Source: Octopus vulgaris (Eukaryota). Taken from it: a stretch of DNA of 64,000 nucleotides. Made by a program: the position numbers and the translations under genes. Within the stretch, counting starts at the first letter, position 1; every line of letters begins with the position of its first letter. The notes under the pieces are model-generated. The model was not told the DNA's origin. It was given only the letters and a program-made list of their open reading frames with translations, and searched no databases. The DNA lies in NCBI GenBank assembly GCA_951406725.2, contig OX597817.1, positions 87,482,001 to 87,546,000 of the forward strand. Reading direction: 5' to 3'. Positions 24,331 to 38,375 of the stretch are shown here, piece by piece.

Positions 24331-24951
24331 AGAGATTGAACAGTTTCCCGTCACTTCTACTGTGCAGAAACACTCCATCATCTGATGTCTGAAAGGCATG
24401 TGGGAGCAAGAGCGAGAAGAAAATGCCAAATAATGTAGGAGCGAGGACACAACCTTGCGTTACCCCGTTTTTTATTTGGAAGGCGGCTGATGTTGAACCA
24501 TTGTGCTGTATGGTGCCTTGCATATCATCATGGAAAGACTTGATGATCCTCAGCAGCTTTGGTGAACATCCGATTTTTTGGAGCAGGATGAAGAGGCCTT
24601 TTCTACTTACCGAGTCAAAGGCCTTTGTTAGATCAATGAAGGCCATATATAATGGCATTTTCTGCTCTCTGGACTTCTCCTGAAGTTGGCGTATGGAGAA
24701 TATCATATCAATAGTTGATCTGCTTCTTCTAAAGCCACACTGCGATTCCGGATAAATTCGAGAAGCAAGTAGTTGTAGCCTAGCCAGGATAACGCGAGCA
24801 AAGGTCTTTCCAACAGTGCTTAGAAGAGATATTTCACGGTAATTGTTACAATCACCACGGTCACCTTTGTTTTTGTAAAGCGTAATGATGTTAGCATCAC
24901 GCATATCCTGAGGGACTGTACTCTCTTCACAGCACTGACACAGAAGCTCAT
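24331..24951 (-). mobile_element. RTE LINE internal fragment, same family as 13787-15299
   Basis: 24331-24760 aligns to 14870-15299 with few substitutions and extends further 5' (DANIITLYKNKGDRGDCNNYREISLLS). Confidence 0.92.
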
Positions 24952-24994
24952 AAATATATATGATATATATATATATATATATACATATATACAT

Positions 24995-25086
24995 ATATAT
25001 ATGCACGACAGGCTTCTTTCAGTTTCCGTCTACGAAATTCTCCGGAACCATGTGGTTGAGAAGCAAGCTTCTTACAACACTGCCAA
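24995..25086 (-). mobile_element. SINE family A, internally deleted
   Basis: GGCTTCTTTCAGTTTCCGTCTAC and CCGGAACCATGTGGTTG. Confidence 0.7.
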
Positions 25087-25670
25087 CTTTTGTAATGATG
25101 TCCCAGAACGTTGCGTTCATAATGCTTGGAAGAAATTCCACTCAAAGTGGAGGAATGCTTAGAAGAAATTCCATTCATTCAACAACCAGTCAATTACTGC
25201 CTCAGAATATCTAAAGCTGTGACAGAGAGCATTTCTTCCTCGCTTACAAAAGTTATTTCCTTGAGAGAGAAAAAACATGTCACTACCTCATTTTAAATTA
25301 AAGATCAGCTTTGTAGTCATGTACGTGTGTACGTTTGCATGAATATATGCATGTATATACATGTGGGAATTTGTATGTATTGACTTGCGTGTGTGTACGC
25401 ATAAAAACAGGTCTTTATTTTCATACGTGTGTATATGTACATGCTACGGGTTTTTACATATATTTACCGTCCCAATTAAGAATTTATAATTAATTGGTTA
25501 ATTGTAATTTTCTAATTACTCGGGGGTTACCTTTTTTTCTTAATTATTTGAATTAATCCTATAAACATGGTGTTGGTTTCATACAAAAAAGGAGTTCATC
25601 GTTGGAATTTAGCTAACAATGGTGAAGAGTTTTAGGTTAAAAATTTGTAAAGTGTTGTATTATGTATATT

Positions 25671-25737
<67 letters not shown>

Positions 25738-25741
25738 CTAT

Positions 25742-25779
<38 letters not shown>

Positions 25780-26388
25780 GTCTTCATGTACATACGTTTG
25801 CCTACATATATGTACCAATGTATGCACATATGTACGTATAATAATTGAATAATGTTCAACATGGTGTGACTACCTAATTGATTCTGTCTTTTTATGTCAT
25901 CAAAATGTTACTGCTTCTCTTGCAGTTCGTGTCTTTCACAAAAGTGCTGGTAGTTTTATATTTTTGAGAGGTATCCGTCTCGATAGCTTGGTTAACTGTA
26001 TTTTAATTATTTTACTTTATGGTATATTTTCCGGTTTTCTGTGCTCGGAGTTCAATTCCTACTGAGACCAACTTAGCTTTCATCTTTCGATGGTGTGAGA
26101 TAAGAAAAAAGGATCAGTCCGGTGTAACTGATTGGCAGAACGATTTGCTTTCTGAGAGCAACACCAGCGGTGATACTCATGCAGTGCTGTGTCAATCCGT
26201 GTCTTGTTTTTCGTTTGGACAACGTCAGTGGCTTTGAGAGGGGAGATTTGCACCAGAACGATGGAAGCCTTCGATACATACATACATACATTGTTTTCGT
26301 TATCTCCATCCCAAAAGTAGGTATACATATGTACATATACATATGAGTACGAGTTGTATGTGTAGATGTTGATATGTATAAATATCTG

Positions 26389-26424
<36 letters not shown>

Positions 26425-26439
26425 TGTTTTATATATACA

Positions 26440-27240
26440 TCTCTATATATCTTCACATATATATTTTCTACTACTAAGCAGTGACCTGTCCAACCAACCT
26501 AATCTATATTCCCAAATTCTTAATTACACCATATTACTATCACTACCCCCTCTCTCTGCCCCATCACTTAAGCTCTATCACTACATACCTGACACTCCTT
26601 TTCTTTTTACACTATTATACCTCTCTCTCTATTACCCCACCTTTCCTTCTATCTGATACTCCTTTACTCTTTAACATTTCATCCTTTTACACTCTCATAT
26701 ATTTCTCTCTCTATTACCCTCACCTCCCCATTCCTACTATCAATTTATCTTAACTGACCACTAACTGGTACACTTTCCCTCTCTTCATCTCTTTACTATC
26801 TCTCTCCTTGCTTTTCTTTTTTTCTTTATTCCTCCCTTCCTGTTTTCGATTTGACCTTACAAATACATTCCCTACTTTAAATAAACCCTCGATTGAATAG
26901 TACTGTGTACAAACTCTATACTTGGAATGACCAATTTTAAATACTATTGGAATTTACTCATAAGGTATTGGAATCTTATATGTATACCATTCTGCCTAAA
27001 TAATGGATCTACAAATGATATCCCTGCATATCTCACATCTGTTTTCATTCCTCCACTTCACTGTCTATTTCATATCTTATCTAAGTCAACTATTGCTTAA
27101 CCATTTTCTCACACCGTCTCCGATGAAGGGATGTATAAAATATCCCGGAAACAGCTGTAAGACATTCTATTCATAAATATTCTAAATTCTTCACAGCCTT
27201 GGTTTTTTATCTCATTCTGAAAAAAATTTATATATACACA
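26440..27240 (+). mobile_element. Penelope-type pLTR/3' UTR remnant (pyrimidine-rich) with hammerhead
   Basis: Strongly C/T-skewed tract between TA-rich repeats, ending shortly after a hammerhead motif. Confidence 0.55.
27116..27164 (+). ncRNA. Minimal type I hammerhead motif
   Basis: GTCT CCGATGA (27120-27126) A GGGAT gtataaaat ATCCC G GAAA CAGCTG TA AGAC. All three helices pair; predicted cleavage after 27159. Confidence 0.8.
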
Positions 27241-29399
27241 TACTAATATATGACCTATGTTGGACTCCTTATTCACATGATCACCGAATCTGGAGCTTAA
27301 CTATGGTCTCTCAATAGCACTTACTCAGCATTACCTGACACCTGTGGGTCTTATTGACACCATTACCTCTCATAACCTCTCTCTATATATGTGTGTGTAT
27401 ATATATGTTTTTGCGTGTGCGTGTGTGTGTATTCACGTGCGTGCATGTGTGCGTATATGTATATATGTATGTGTGTAGCCATGTATACTTATATAGATAT
27501 ACATATATACCAGACACGTGCTGTAAGTAATTACTCAGGATAGGCAGTTGGCGCCCTTTATATAGTAAAACACACAAAAAATAAGAGAAACACAGGCGCA
27601 TGACTGAGTTGATGGCAGATTTACTTCTGCCTTTATAGGACGTAAAGAAAACGGTGTTGTAGGAGTGTATGCAGCACGTATACTACAGCAGTACTATGCA
27701 TAGCGTAAATACTGAGATTGAAAGGCAGGGACGAATTATGCCTACCTAATCTACAAAAAAAATATTTTGCATTTTATGTATAGTAATCAGAATAACCTTC
27801 ATAATTTTATTGAATTAGGTGCATATTTTATCATAAAAAGAAAATGCTGCTATCGATCTATTTTATTCAAGGTAGGCACTGCATACCTTGCCTACCTCAG
27901 CGGCATGTCCCATATATATATACTTATATACATATATACATGTACAAACGCACACACGCGCGCGCACGCACACGAATGTATATATTCCCCTAATAGCCAT
28001 ACTAACGATGAAGAAAATGGAATATGAATGGGCTTTCTTGTTTCACATCTTAATTGATCTTTCAAATGACTTATATTGCTTTATCTGTATACAACAGCTC
28101 TAGAGTTGAAATGACACGATGAAATGTGAGTGAAAATATATGAGTGAGAATAACGACATAAAAAATCATTATATGTCAGCTTCCCTTTAATTTCCAACTT
28201 ACAACCAGAGGTATTGACCTCTTCCGGTCTGAATTGTTCAATAATGTAAAGCTATAAAACAGCACTTATTGTTTCAGATATTGTGAAAGTACCGGTTTGA
28301 TAATGGACAGCAATGCATACAGAGAAATATAACAAGTTTCAAATTAAGACATTAATAATATCATACTGTTTACAGAAATGTGTTTGTAGGAATCTATATA
28401 GTTGTGTTCATGTTTTAACAAGTCAGTTGTGTAATTTATGTGATATAGACAACAGTGAGGTACATACTGGTTTGAATAAATGCTTATTGATTGTCACACG
28501 TAGTGCCAGTTGATAATACTTTGAATAAATACAGGTGAAATTAACATACATGTTATAATCAAGTACAATAATGATCACGACAAATTGCTTTTCCATTCAA
28601 CTACATATTTTTCTTATTTAAGACAAGTGAAAAGGGGAAGTAAAAACGGCTGACTATAAGCTACCTTCAGTGGAGATCTACTAGAAAGAATTATGATAGA
28701 TGGCCTTATCATGTCAAGTCGAGAGCTAAGAAACTAAGGGGTGGGTGTTTTTGTATTTTGTATTTTATAGCCAAAGTGGCTCACAAGTTACTGGGATTTT
28801 GTTGTTCCAAATAATGTCACCTGTTATTCGAGTGATCTGCAGCATATATTTAAACTGAATCATTGTTTTTAATATCAACGTTATGTTATATCAGAAAAAG
28901 ACTGTATAACACATTTCTGTATATTATACAGTATATTATACTAACGTGATGTATTTAAACGCAACATTTTCTGTGAAAGAACCATCTTCATTCTCGATTT
29001 TAGCCGTAATGCTAAGTTCACTCGAATTTCAGACTTTGAATATAGCCACATAAAGTTGATCACCAGAGAAGCAATCGTTGTTCTTTAAGTAGATACCAAC
29101 TTTACCTTTGTGGATTCTCCCACCAAAGGATAGTTTGAGAGGTAATTGATACCCTTGCATTTTAAATGACAGTGTATGATCACTTGATGAAACCACTGAC
29201 TTTATGAGCAGTAGAAGCAATATCAGTGTAAATAACTGTTCTGCTGAGACTTTTAATAATACATATTGTCCAATTGCAATGAACATTAGCCACATCAAAA
29301 TTTCGAAGAAGTATAACAGTTGCACATTGTTTGAGAAGCAATCAGTGATGAGCACTGAAATTATATTTAAAAGTCCAGTTGGATAAAGATGTGCTTCAT

Positions 29400-30058
29400 C
29401 ATTATTAAGTATCCTTTTCGTGCCTTGTGGCTGGGGTAGAAAAGAATATTTTACAGTTTTGAAGCTACAATCTACGGTTAGGCATTAAGTAGAGATGTTG
29501 CAATAATTCCTAATTTTGCAGTTCCAAGAGCGATCTTGCTTTTGTATCGCAATTAGATTATTATTGTTGACAAACACTTTTCTTCTTCCTTTAGAATATT
29601 CTTTTCTACTCTAGGCACAAGGCCGGAAATTTTTGGGGAGGCGGCCAGTCGATTAGATCGACCCCAGTACACAACTGGTACTTAATTTATCGACCCCGAA
29701 AGGATGGAAGGAAAAGTCGACCTTAGCGGAATTCTTCCTTGGAATACCGAAACCGTTCAGTTGTCCACGTTTTCGAACGACTAACGTGACAACATAATCG
29801 TAAACTGTTTGTTGCTCTGTATTCAGGTTGAGAATGTTGAGTTCGATTTCTTGTTTCAGCTCTTCAGTTTTATATTTCATCTCCAGCAAATACGAAATAT
29901 ATACTGTAATAATGCATATATATATGACAGTATGTTTCTTATATATTCACAAGGCACACATTTGTAAGGAAAGGTCAGTCACGAAGCAATCGATACTGAC
30001 TTTTCCTTGCAGATATGTTTGGGCATAATAAATATATATAGTAATATATAAGATATAA
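29400..30058 (-). mobile_element. Helitron remnant with degenerate PIF1-helicase sequence, interrupted by a SINE
   Basis: Minus-strand LNTEQQTVYDYV, and downstream KIALGTAKLGIIATSLL resembling Helitron helicase motif Ia (A.SGIAATLL). A^TCTTATATA 5'-like end near 30055. Confidence 0.55.
29601..29735 (-). mobile_element. SINE family B 3' part
   Basis: CTGGTACTTAATTTATCGACCCCGAAAGGATG core. Confidence 0.8.
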
Positions 30059-30689
30059 TAAATAATCCTTTAATTAGCAATAGCCATATAGTAACATATA
30101 AAAAATGAAAATCATCATTAAGTCAATAACACTTTAATTTAGTTTAGTCACTAAAACTATGTGAGTGATACTATATTACAATAAATAATATATTATAAAT
30201 CATTTAGTAAGTGATACTATGATAATAATACTATAATAAATATAGTATATAATATGTATAATAGTATATAAAATAATAAATCATTGTATAGTTAGTAATA
30301 TTCTGCGTTAACGGTTCCTGTTTCAAGTTATTTTACTTACGTTATGTTATTAATCTTGCAAAAATATGACTATCAAATCTCACTCTTCGATCGTCTAGTC
30401 AATAGAAATATTTAGTTATAGAGACTGAGAAAGCAGTAACATGCCAAGCTAAATGTCTTGAAAGATTTAGTTTGTCTCTTTGTTCACAGTTCAAATCCAT
30501 CCTCCCGAGACAATTTTACCTTTCAAACATTATTAATCGATAAAGTAAATGACTGTGATCCATAGAATTGACTCTAGTCAAACAATATCTGACTTTTATC
30601 AAAGAAACTTAAATAACTTCAAGTTGTTAGAAACAGTAGAACACTGAATGCCTTACGCTCGTTAATCTGGTTGTTCAGCAAAATAGTTT

Positions 30690-30924
30690 CCGTTTCTTTA
30701 TTACCCACAAGGGGCTAAACATAGAGGGAACAAACAAGGACAGACAAAGGGATTAAGTCGATTATATCGACCCCAGTGCGTAACTGGTACTTAATTTTTC
30801 AACCCCGAAAGGATGAAAGGCAAAGTCGACCTCGGCGGAATTTGAACTCAGAACGTAGCGACATGCGAGATACCGCGAAGCACTTCGCCCAGCGTGCTAA
30901 CGTCTGTGCCTGCTCGCCGCCTTT
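30690..30924 (-). mobile_element. SINE family B
   Basis: Reverse complement of the 22536 copy (monomer). Confidence 0.88.
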
Positions 30925-31756
30925 CAGCAAAATAGTTTCAACTAGTGTCGACTTGGCTCTTTATTTCCTGTGTGTTACTTTGGTGTTCACATTAGTAAAT
31001 AAAATGTAATACTTATTTATTCACATTGTTTTGAATTTAATTATGCATTATCCCATAGCTTAGAGATTTTGATGATGCAATTGATTTTGTAGAAGGACTT
31101 TATAAGGTTGGTGTGATAGGCCAGATCTGGCCGGTTTGTGCATAAAACAGATAGAATATTTGGGGCTGTTATGGACACGTTAAATGCTTGACGAGTAATA
31201 AAAAATTGGAGCAAAATATGAGTATATCGTTGTGTCACAAGGAGCAGAAATATCTAACATGTTCAACAGTATCGTTCTTCAGGAACATACTTCATTTGCC
31301 GAACATTGTTAAACTCGAAACTTCGAACTCGAGACGACGAACAATAGGGTAAATATCACTTACATTTATTTATTTTTTATTCTCCATCTGAAGTAATGGC
31401 TTAACTTATCATTAAAAAAAAAAACAACCAAAAAGCAATCAAATTGTTTCTTGCCTGCATGGGACAGTAATTGTCCTCTCGAATATTTGTTATCGCGAAA
31501 TAGATCAATACTTAGTAACTAATAAGCGTAGAAAATGACTGATAGATGCCTAAATTCGTTGAGAGGTGTTAAATTATCTAGAAATATAAATAGTTGATGG
31601 GTTGAGAGAGTGTTACAGTGGAACAATTGGTGCCGAAAGAAAAATACGCCACTATATATGTTATTCAACATCTAAAGGATAGCATCGTGAAAGTGAGACA
31701 ATATGAAGATTAATGAATTTGTATTTACAGGTTTATGCTCTCTCCCCTGTCTATCC

Positions 31757-31829
<73 letters not shown>

Positions 31830-33278
31830 CCAATATGTATATTATATTAACACACACACACACGCAACATGAACTTGTTAATAGAAACACACATATAAGC
31901 GTGCTTTTGTGTGTATTCATATGTTTTATGGAGATATGAATGCATGTATATGTATGTGCCTATTAATGTATATATTACTAAATTTATGCTTACATCTGCA
32001 AGAGTTTGCCTTTCGTTTATAAATAAAGACTTAGGCAAACACACACGAACACAAAAGCAAATAGTGACATTCATATGCAGATATACATACGCACATATAT
32101 ACAAATATATGTGTATGTATAATTATATATATATATATATGTATATACAAGCATATATATGCACAGTTGCATCAAACTAGATAAAAGAAATAAGTGCATG
32201 CAAAAACCAAATGAGGAAGACGAAGCAAATTTAAAGGAAAAACATCATTCGCGTTGAAATATTTCAGATGAAAAAAAAAGAAGCTAATAAAATACACTTG
32301 ACGTGTAGGAACTTTGCCTACGTGTGACTTTTTTTTTTCCAACAGAAGCATCAGTAGTAGTTTGTCATAACGGATAATGTTGAAAGCGTTAAAAAAATCT
32401 AATTACCATTTCTCCAATGGTTCAGATATCACCTGCTTCAAATAGGCTTGCAACACTCCATTATCTCTCCACTACACGGCATCCTTAACAAATCAAGTGA
32501 CAAATCTAAAGAGCCACGATGTTCTGGTCGAAACATAAGTGGTTCGGAATCAAAATTAGTTCAGTTTCCAGGAGCTCATGTATCAATGATGGAAAGATTT
32601 AGCTGATTGTTTGTATGACTTTTTTGTTGTTTTCCTTTTATCTTCCAGTGAGTATTGCTCTAGAAAGAAACCCACTCTATACTAACATTTACACAAATTA
32701 GAGAGAACAAACACAAAAGATATATTTGTTTCACTCCTAATTCACATTTGGTTGTTTAGTTAAACGAAAATTCTAATGAAATTTGCTCAACGGAATACCT
32801 TACTGAATGAAATCAGAGGAGAATTCTGAAAAGTTTCATATATATATGTGTATGTGTGTGTGAGAGAGTGAGAGAGAGAGTGTGTATGTGTGTGTGTGCA
32901 TATATGCATATATGTGTATATATGAGTGTGCTCGTGTGTGTGTGTACACACATGTACGCCATTCTTGTGTGTGTTTGTGTGTGCATGCAACCGTGCAAGT
33001 GTGAATGCGTATGTATGTATGTATATGTGTGAGAGTATATGTGTGTATGTGTGTGTATGTATGTGTGTGTGTTGGGTGTGTTTGCATTTAAAAAGTACAG
33101 TAGAAACAAGATAACTAAAGCAATGTGTGTAATTCTGGTATTCAAAAATATACACTTATTCTGAGCATTACTGAAGCAACAGGTTAAATATAAAACTCGC
33201 CTGGATCAATCAATAGTATTTATTTGATTCTCAAAAACGAAACATTACTTTATAAAATTTAGCAGAAATAATATTAAT

Positions 33279-34480
33279 AAGCAGCAGCGAGCTGGCTGAA
33301 TCGTTAGCACGCCGGGCTAAATGCTTAGCGGTATTTCGTCTGCTGCTACGTTCTGAGTTCAAATTCCGCCGAGGTCAACTTTGCCTTTCATCCTTTTGGG
33401 GTTGATTAAATAAGTACTAGTTACGCACTGGTGTCGATCTAATCGACTGGCCCCTCCCCCAAAATTTCGGGCCTAGAGTAGAAAATAATATTAATACTGA
33501 TTTCAAAGTTTGGCACCAGGGAAGCGCTTTCGGGGAAGGGAATAATTCGATTACATCGGCCCCAGTATTCAACTGGTAATTATTTTATCGTCTCCGAGAA
33601 GATGAAAAGCAAAGTTAAATCTCAGCGGAATCTGAAAGTAAAAGACGGACAAAATGTCGCAAAGCATTTTCCCACTCGCTAACGAGTCTGCTAGCACGTC
33701 GGATTGGAAATAACTTTAATATTGGTTTCAAATTTTTGGCACAAGGCAAGAAGCAATTGCAGGAGAGGGAGTAAGTTGGTTACAACAACCAAAGTGTTCA
33801 ACTGGTACTTAGTTTATCGACCTTGAGAGGATGAAAGTCAAAGTCGACAGCAGCGGAATTTGAACTTAGAACGTATGCCTGTTTCTTTACTACCCACAAG
33901 GGGCTAAACACAGAGAGGACAAACAAGGACAGACAAACGGATTAAGTCGATTATATCGACCCCAGTGCGTAACTGGTACTTATTTCATCGATCCCGAAAG
34001 GATGAAAGGCAAAGTCGACCTCGGCGGAATTTGAACTCAGAACGTAAAGACAAACGAAATACTGCGAAGCATTTCGCCCGGCGTGCTAACGTTTCTGCCA
34101 GCTCGCCGCCTTGGAAATAATATTTATTTCTTTATTGCCCACAGGAGGCTAAGTATAGAGGGGCCAAACAAGAACAAAGGGATTAAGTCAATTACATCGA
34201 CCCCAGTGCGTAACTGGTTCTTATTTAATCGACACTGAAAGGGTGAAAGGCAATGTCGACCTCGGTGATATTTGAACTTAGAACGTAACGGCAGACGAAA
34301 TACCTATTTCTTTACTACCCACAAGGGGCTAAACACAGAGAGGACAAACAAGGACAGACAAACGGATTAAGTCGATTATATCGACCCCAGTGCGTAACTG
34401 GTACTTATTTAATCGATCCCGAAAGGATGAAAGGCAAAGTCGACTTCAGCGGAATTTGAACTACGATTCTGCTAGCTTTG
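33279..34480. mobile_element. Cluster of SINE family B copies (one + at 33279-33490, several - at 33500-34480)
   Basis: Repeated GAAAGGATGAAAGGCAAAGTCGAC / ACCCCAGTGCGTAACTGGTACTT cores. Confidence 0.88.
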
Positions 34481-35044
34481 TAAATAATATTCAGCCTTGT
34501 AAATAATATTAACATTAAAAACTTTCTTGTATCAAGAAGCTATTGAGATATGTTATGGCAATCGAATGAAATAACTTTCTTCATTTTTTTATAGCTGTGA
34601 CAGTGGGCACACGATTGTTCGAATCACAAAGAAAATCAGTCAAGATGAGATGAAAATAACTTTAAAAAATGTGATCGTTATTTACATAATTTTGCAAAAC
34701 TTCACTTTAAAAAAATAGACACTGTATCCGATAGTAGTAATCTAACAAACGAGATCTGGAATTTATAGATCTATATTTTGATACGAGAGTGAAATAACAT
34801 TTTATCAAAAGAATCTTCAAGTGAGAAAGATTCAACAGCAAATGATAAGAGTGAAGAAAGAAGTTCTAAGAAAATGGTTGAGAGATACAGAATAGTAAAT
34901 GTGAAGATCTGAAGTGTATGACCAGACTCAACAAACTCCTACACGCTAGAAACTGATGCTTGTAGTGGGATATGATTGCAGCTGTAGCTTACGTAACATG
35001 TTTTTAAAATATATGAAAATGACATATTTAAATGCGATGTCTAA

Positions 35045-35263
35045 ATTGGTTTCAAATTTTAGCACAAGACCAGAAATACTGAGGAAGGAGGTAAGTCTAT
35101 TACATCGACCCCAGTGTTCAACTGGTATTTATTTTAACGACCCCGAAGGGATGAAAGGCAGGGTCGACCTCGGTAGAATTTCAAACTCAGAATGTAAAGA
35201 CCGACGAAATACCTCTAACCATTTTTCCCGGCGTGCTTAACAACTCTGCCAACTCGCCGACTT
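35045..35263 (-). mobile_element. SINE family B
   Basis: CGACCCCGAAGGGATGAAAGGCAGGGTCGACCTCGG core. Confidence 0.8.
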
Positions 35264-35529
35264 AATGCTGTCTTGAATCAACAGGAAAAGTTTCCAATGT
35301 AATCACGTTATCAAACATTATAGGCACCAATTGCTGTTATATTTTTCTGATTTTGGGTGTCTCCGATTGGTATTTACTAAGTCTGTTATGCCTTTTAACC
35401 TCGTGAGCTTTTCCTTTATTAATTAATGACGCAATGACTTTGAAAAAAATCAATGATCCCTATGTAGCTTCAATTTCTGTGATGCGGAAACAAGGAAAAA
35501 CACATCGCCCTTGGACAGGCAATAGTTTT

Positions 35530-35708
35530 ATCTTTTTTTTTTTACTTGTTTCAGTTATTAGACTGCAGTCATGCTGGAGCACCGCCTTAAAGGATTTTAG
35601 TCGAACGAATTTACCACAGTAGTAAATTGTTTTTGAGCCTGGTACTTATTTTATCACTCTCGATAACTTAACCGCTAAGTTACGGGTACATGTACTCCCC
35701 AACAACCA
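35530..35708 (-). mobile_element. SINE family A 3' half
   Basis: TTACTTGTTTCAGT...ATGCTGGAGCACCGCCTT...ACCGCTAAGTTACGGG. Confidence 0.7.
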
Positions 35709-35709
35709 T

Positions 35710-37703
35710 TTTTTGCCTATGGATCCCTTTGATTCCAGTTTAACTCAATTGGATTTCCTTAGCGATTCACCTTAGAGAAAAAAGAATCTTACCTATTTTT
35801 ATAATTAGATACATGCAAACAACTTGCACATGCAAGTGCTACCAGTCGAGAACTCCACATACCGGAAGCCAGCAAGTGTATGGGGTCATCAGAAGAGAAT
35901 GCGCGCCGTTTCAAGGCCTACCTCTCGACGGCATCAATGCGCACCGGCTCCCCCTCACTAATATGAGGCCCCGCTTGCTAGATAAACTGGTTATTAAATA
36001 TAGCTCAATATTCTTCTAGCTATCATTCATTGTCTCTTTTTAACTAAATCCAATGGCTACCTTTTTCCACTGTAGTTTGGATATCGGTCATGGTGATATT
36101 TTCTTTACGATAAGTTAGGCCTAGCAATAACAACAGTCGTCTCACACTGTGTCCAACAAACCCTCTACATCAGACTTCGATTGGAAAATGCTCCGCTTTC
36201 CAGCCTGCGTCTTCACAATACTCGAGGAGGTTTACATAACGGTCAGTTTTTCGAAGCCGAACAGCGTCTATGTTATCTTAATGAGGAACCGTTAACTCGA
36301 ATAGATTCACAACTTTCTTTCCTTCACACCACATTAAAATGTCCGTTTGTTTCCTAACTGGGATGGGAACGAGTCCCTGGCACTCTGGTAAATCTGCAGT
36401 CACCTCCCAATAGCCGTTTCACTTTTCATCGCTCACAGGAAGTTTGTTTTTGTTCTTCTTGAAACTAATCAGCTGTCCTGAGCGCACAAAGGTAATGAAA
36501 TCTCTAGTTGGCACTTTCAACGGTCTTTTTTTACTGTTGTTGAGATCAATTTGGTTCTTTATAGCATTGAAGATAACCTTAAGGACCAGGTTATGTCTCC
36601 GTGTATACCTGTTTAATGCTAATGAATAGTTGGAAAGAATATGTTTCCGTGTTCCGGCCTTTTCCCATTTGAATATATCATTCTCTGAGACGTTCCATCT
36701 TAGTAGATTTGTAAGTGATGGCAAAACATCATAGGACGAACGAATCAGAAAACTTAGCAGAGATGTGGTCCACCTCCATATCTCCTCCCAACTTATTTTC
36801 CTCCTATCTCGTCAACTGTCCTTGTCCCCCCCCCCATCTCGTTCCTCCCATCTCATCATCTGTCCTTGTTGAATGCATTGGATCAAGTGAAGTTCTCTTC
36901 TCTCTGTTTCCTTCGCTTTTGACGCTGTTGCTAACAAAAGATCTGCGTTCACTCCGCATCATTCTTGCAAACGGTCTGAACTGATCTGCGCCAAAACCAA
37001 GTCCCTTCCGATGATTTTGCGTTGCCCCCACCATATCACAGTAAGACAAAACATTATCAGTCTCTGCTTCTGTTTTCCACTTCCTGGTATCTTTCAACTT
37101 TGGTGGATTACGCCTGATTTCCATGTCCTTCGACTCACTCACCGTCAGCACCGTTCGTACTTTCCCCAGTTCATATATTTCGACTATTGAAGCCAGTGGT
37201 AACTGCAACGAGCCTCCTTTACGATAAAGAGCTAAACTGTTCAACATCCGAGGCAGACCTCGCCACTTTCTAATGGACACATTAAATTTTTGTAACAAAG
37301 CTGTTAGAATGCTACCTCGGATATTAAAAGTGGCCAAGAAAGTCGCGGATACAAGCTGAACTGTAAGCACCAAATTTTGTATTTACCTAGTAACTTTGAG
37401 TTATCAATCACTGATAATCCAACCTCGGCTTGTTTCATAATTTCTATTCCGCGACTCCTATCTGACAATCTTCCAGTATTTACTCACCCTAAGCTCTTGA
37501 CGGGTTCTTCTTTGACTGTTGAAATGCTTTCTTCGGTTATTCGAAACTTAAATTCTTTCTGCACCCCGTTAATAAATGTCAGACTACGCAACTTTTTGGC
37601 TCTAAACTGCATCCTTGTCCACCTCACAAGCTCGTCTAGTCTCAAGTAGACACTTTGCATGGTTTGCTTACCTGTAGATAGAAGCGTTACGTCATCCATG
37701 AAG
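35710..37703 (-). mobile_element. HERO-like non-LTR retrotransposon (RLE type), 5'-truncated and decayed
   Basis: Fragments FMDDVTLL..WTRMQFRAKK, PVKSLG, LYRKGGSLQLP, GLG, KHILS..ALNRYTRRHNLVLKVI and FVRSG, then a DILMW..IELTVP restriction-like endonuclease. Clade assigned from remembered motifs. Confidence 0.78.
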
Positions 37704-37857
37704 AAATTGTATATGATAAATTAAGATATTTTCTGTATTTTATATGTACAAGCAATTTATTGTACAAATTTTAACAATGAAATCTTATATGGAGCCCCAG
37801 GAGCCGTATGGATCCTGGTTGAGAATCACTGATATGAATAAATAAATTATACTTTTT

Positions 37858-38055
37858 AATTAGGGAACAAGGCCGGAAATTTTGAGAGGAGAGGCAAGAC
37901 AATTACAGTGTTTTTTTCCCTGTACTTTTATCGTCTCCGAAAGGATAAAAGGCAAAATCTACATGGTTGAATTTAGAACTCAAAACGTAGTAAATCGGGA
38001 ACAAAAAGCATTTTTCTTTCCGAGCCGCTGACAAGCAGGCCAACTCGTCGCCTTT
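37858..38055 (-). mobile_element. SINE family B, degenerate
   Basis: CCGAAAGGATAAAAGGCAAA core. Confidence 0.65.
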
Positions 38056-38322
38056 GTAAGCGCATAAATGATAAAAGCTAAAGTGTACTTTTATAAAACT
38101 ATTTACGCTATATTTATTTCGTAATGTATTTGGTTGATAATTGCCAACAATAAAATCCAATAACTCTACCTCACTGTCATTCTTCTTACCTGTATGTATA
38201 TTCATACATATTCAAGTATATGTGTCATTGTGTACATGCGAATGAGTGTGTGTATACGCACCATATACCCATATACGCTCACACGCATATACACACATAC
38301 GCACACGCACACACACACACAT

Positions 38323-38375
<53 letters not shown>

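Noticed and set aside
25570-25610. Minus-strand ACGATGA..GAAA hammerhead-like motif
   Set aside because: The core is mutated and the helices do not pair convincingly.
27510-27912. Possible MITE with TAGGCA/TGCCTA subterminal motifs
   Set aside because: I could not define matching TIRs or a TSD.
30990-31200. Possible piggyBac-like MITE end (also 34530-35040)
   Set aside because: Only a vague resemblance, with no paired TIR/TTAA or transposase motif.
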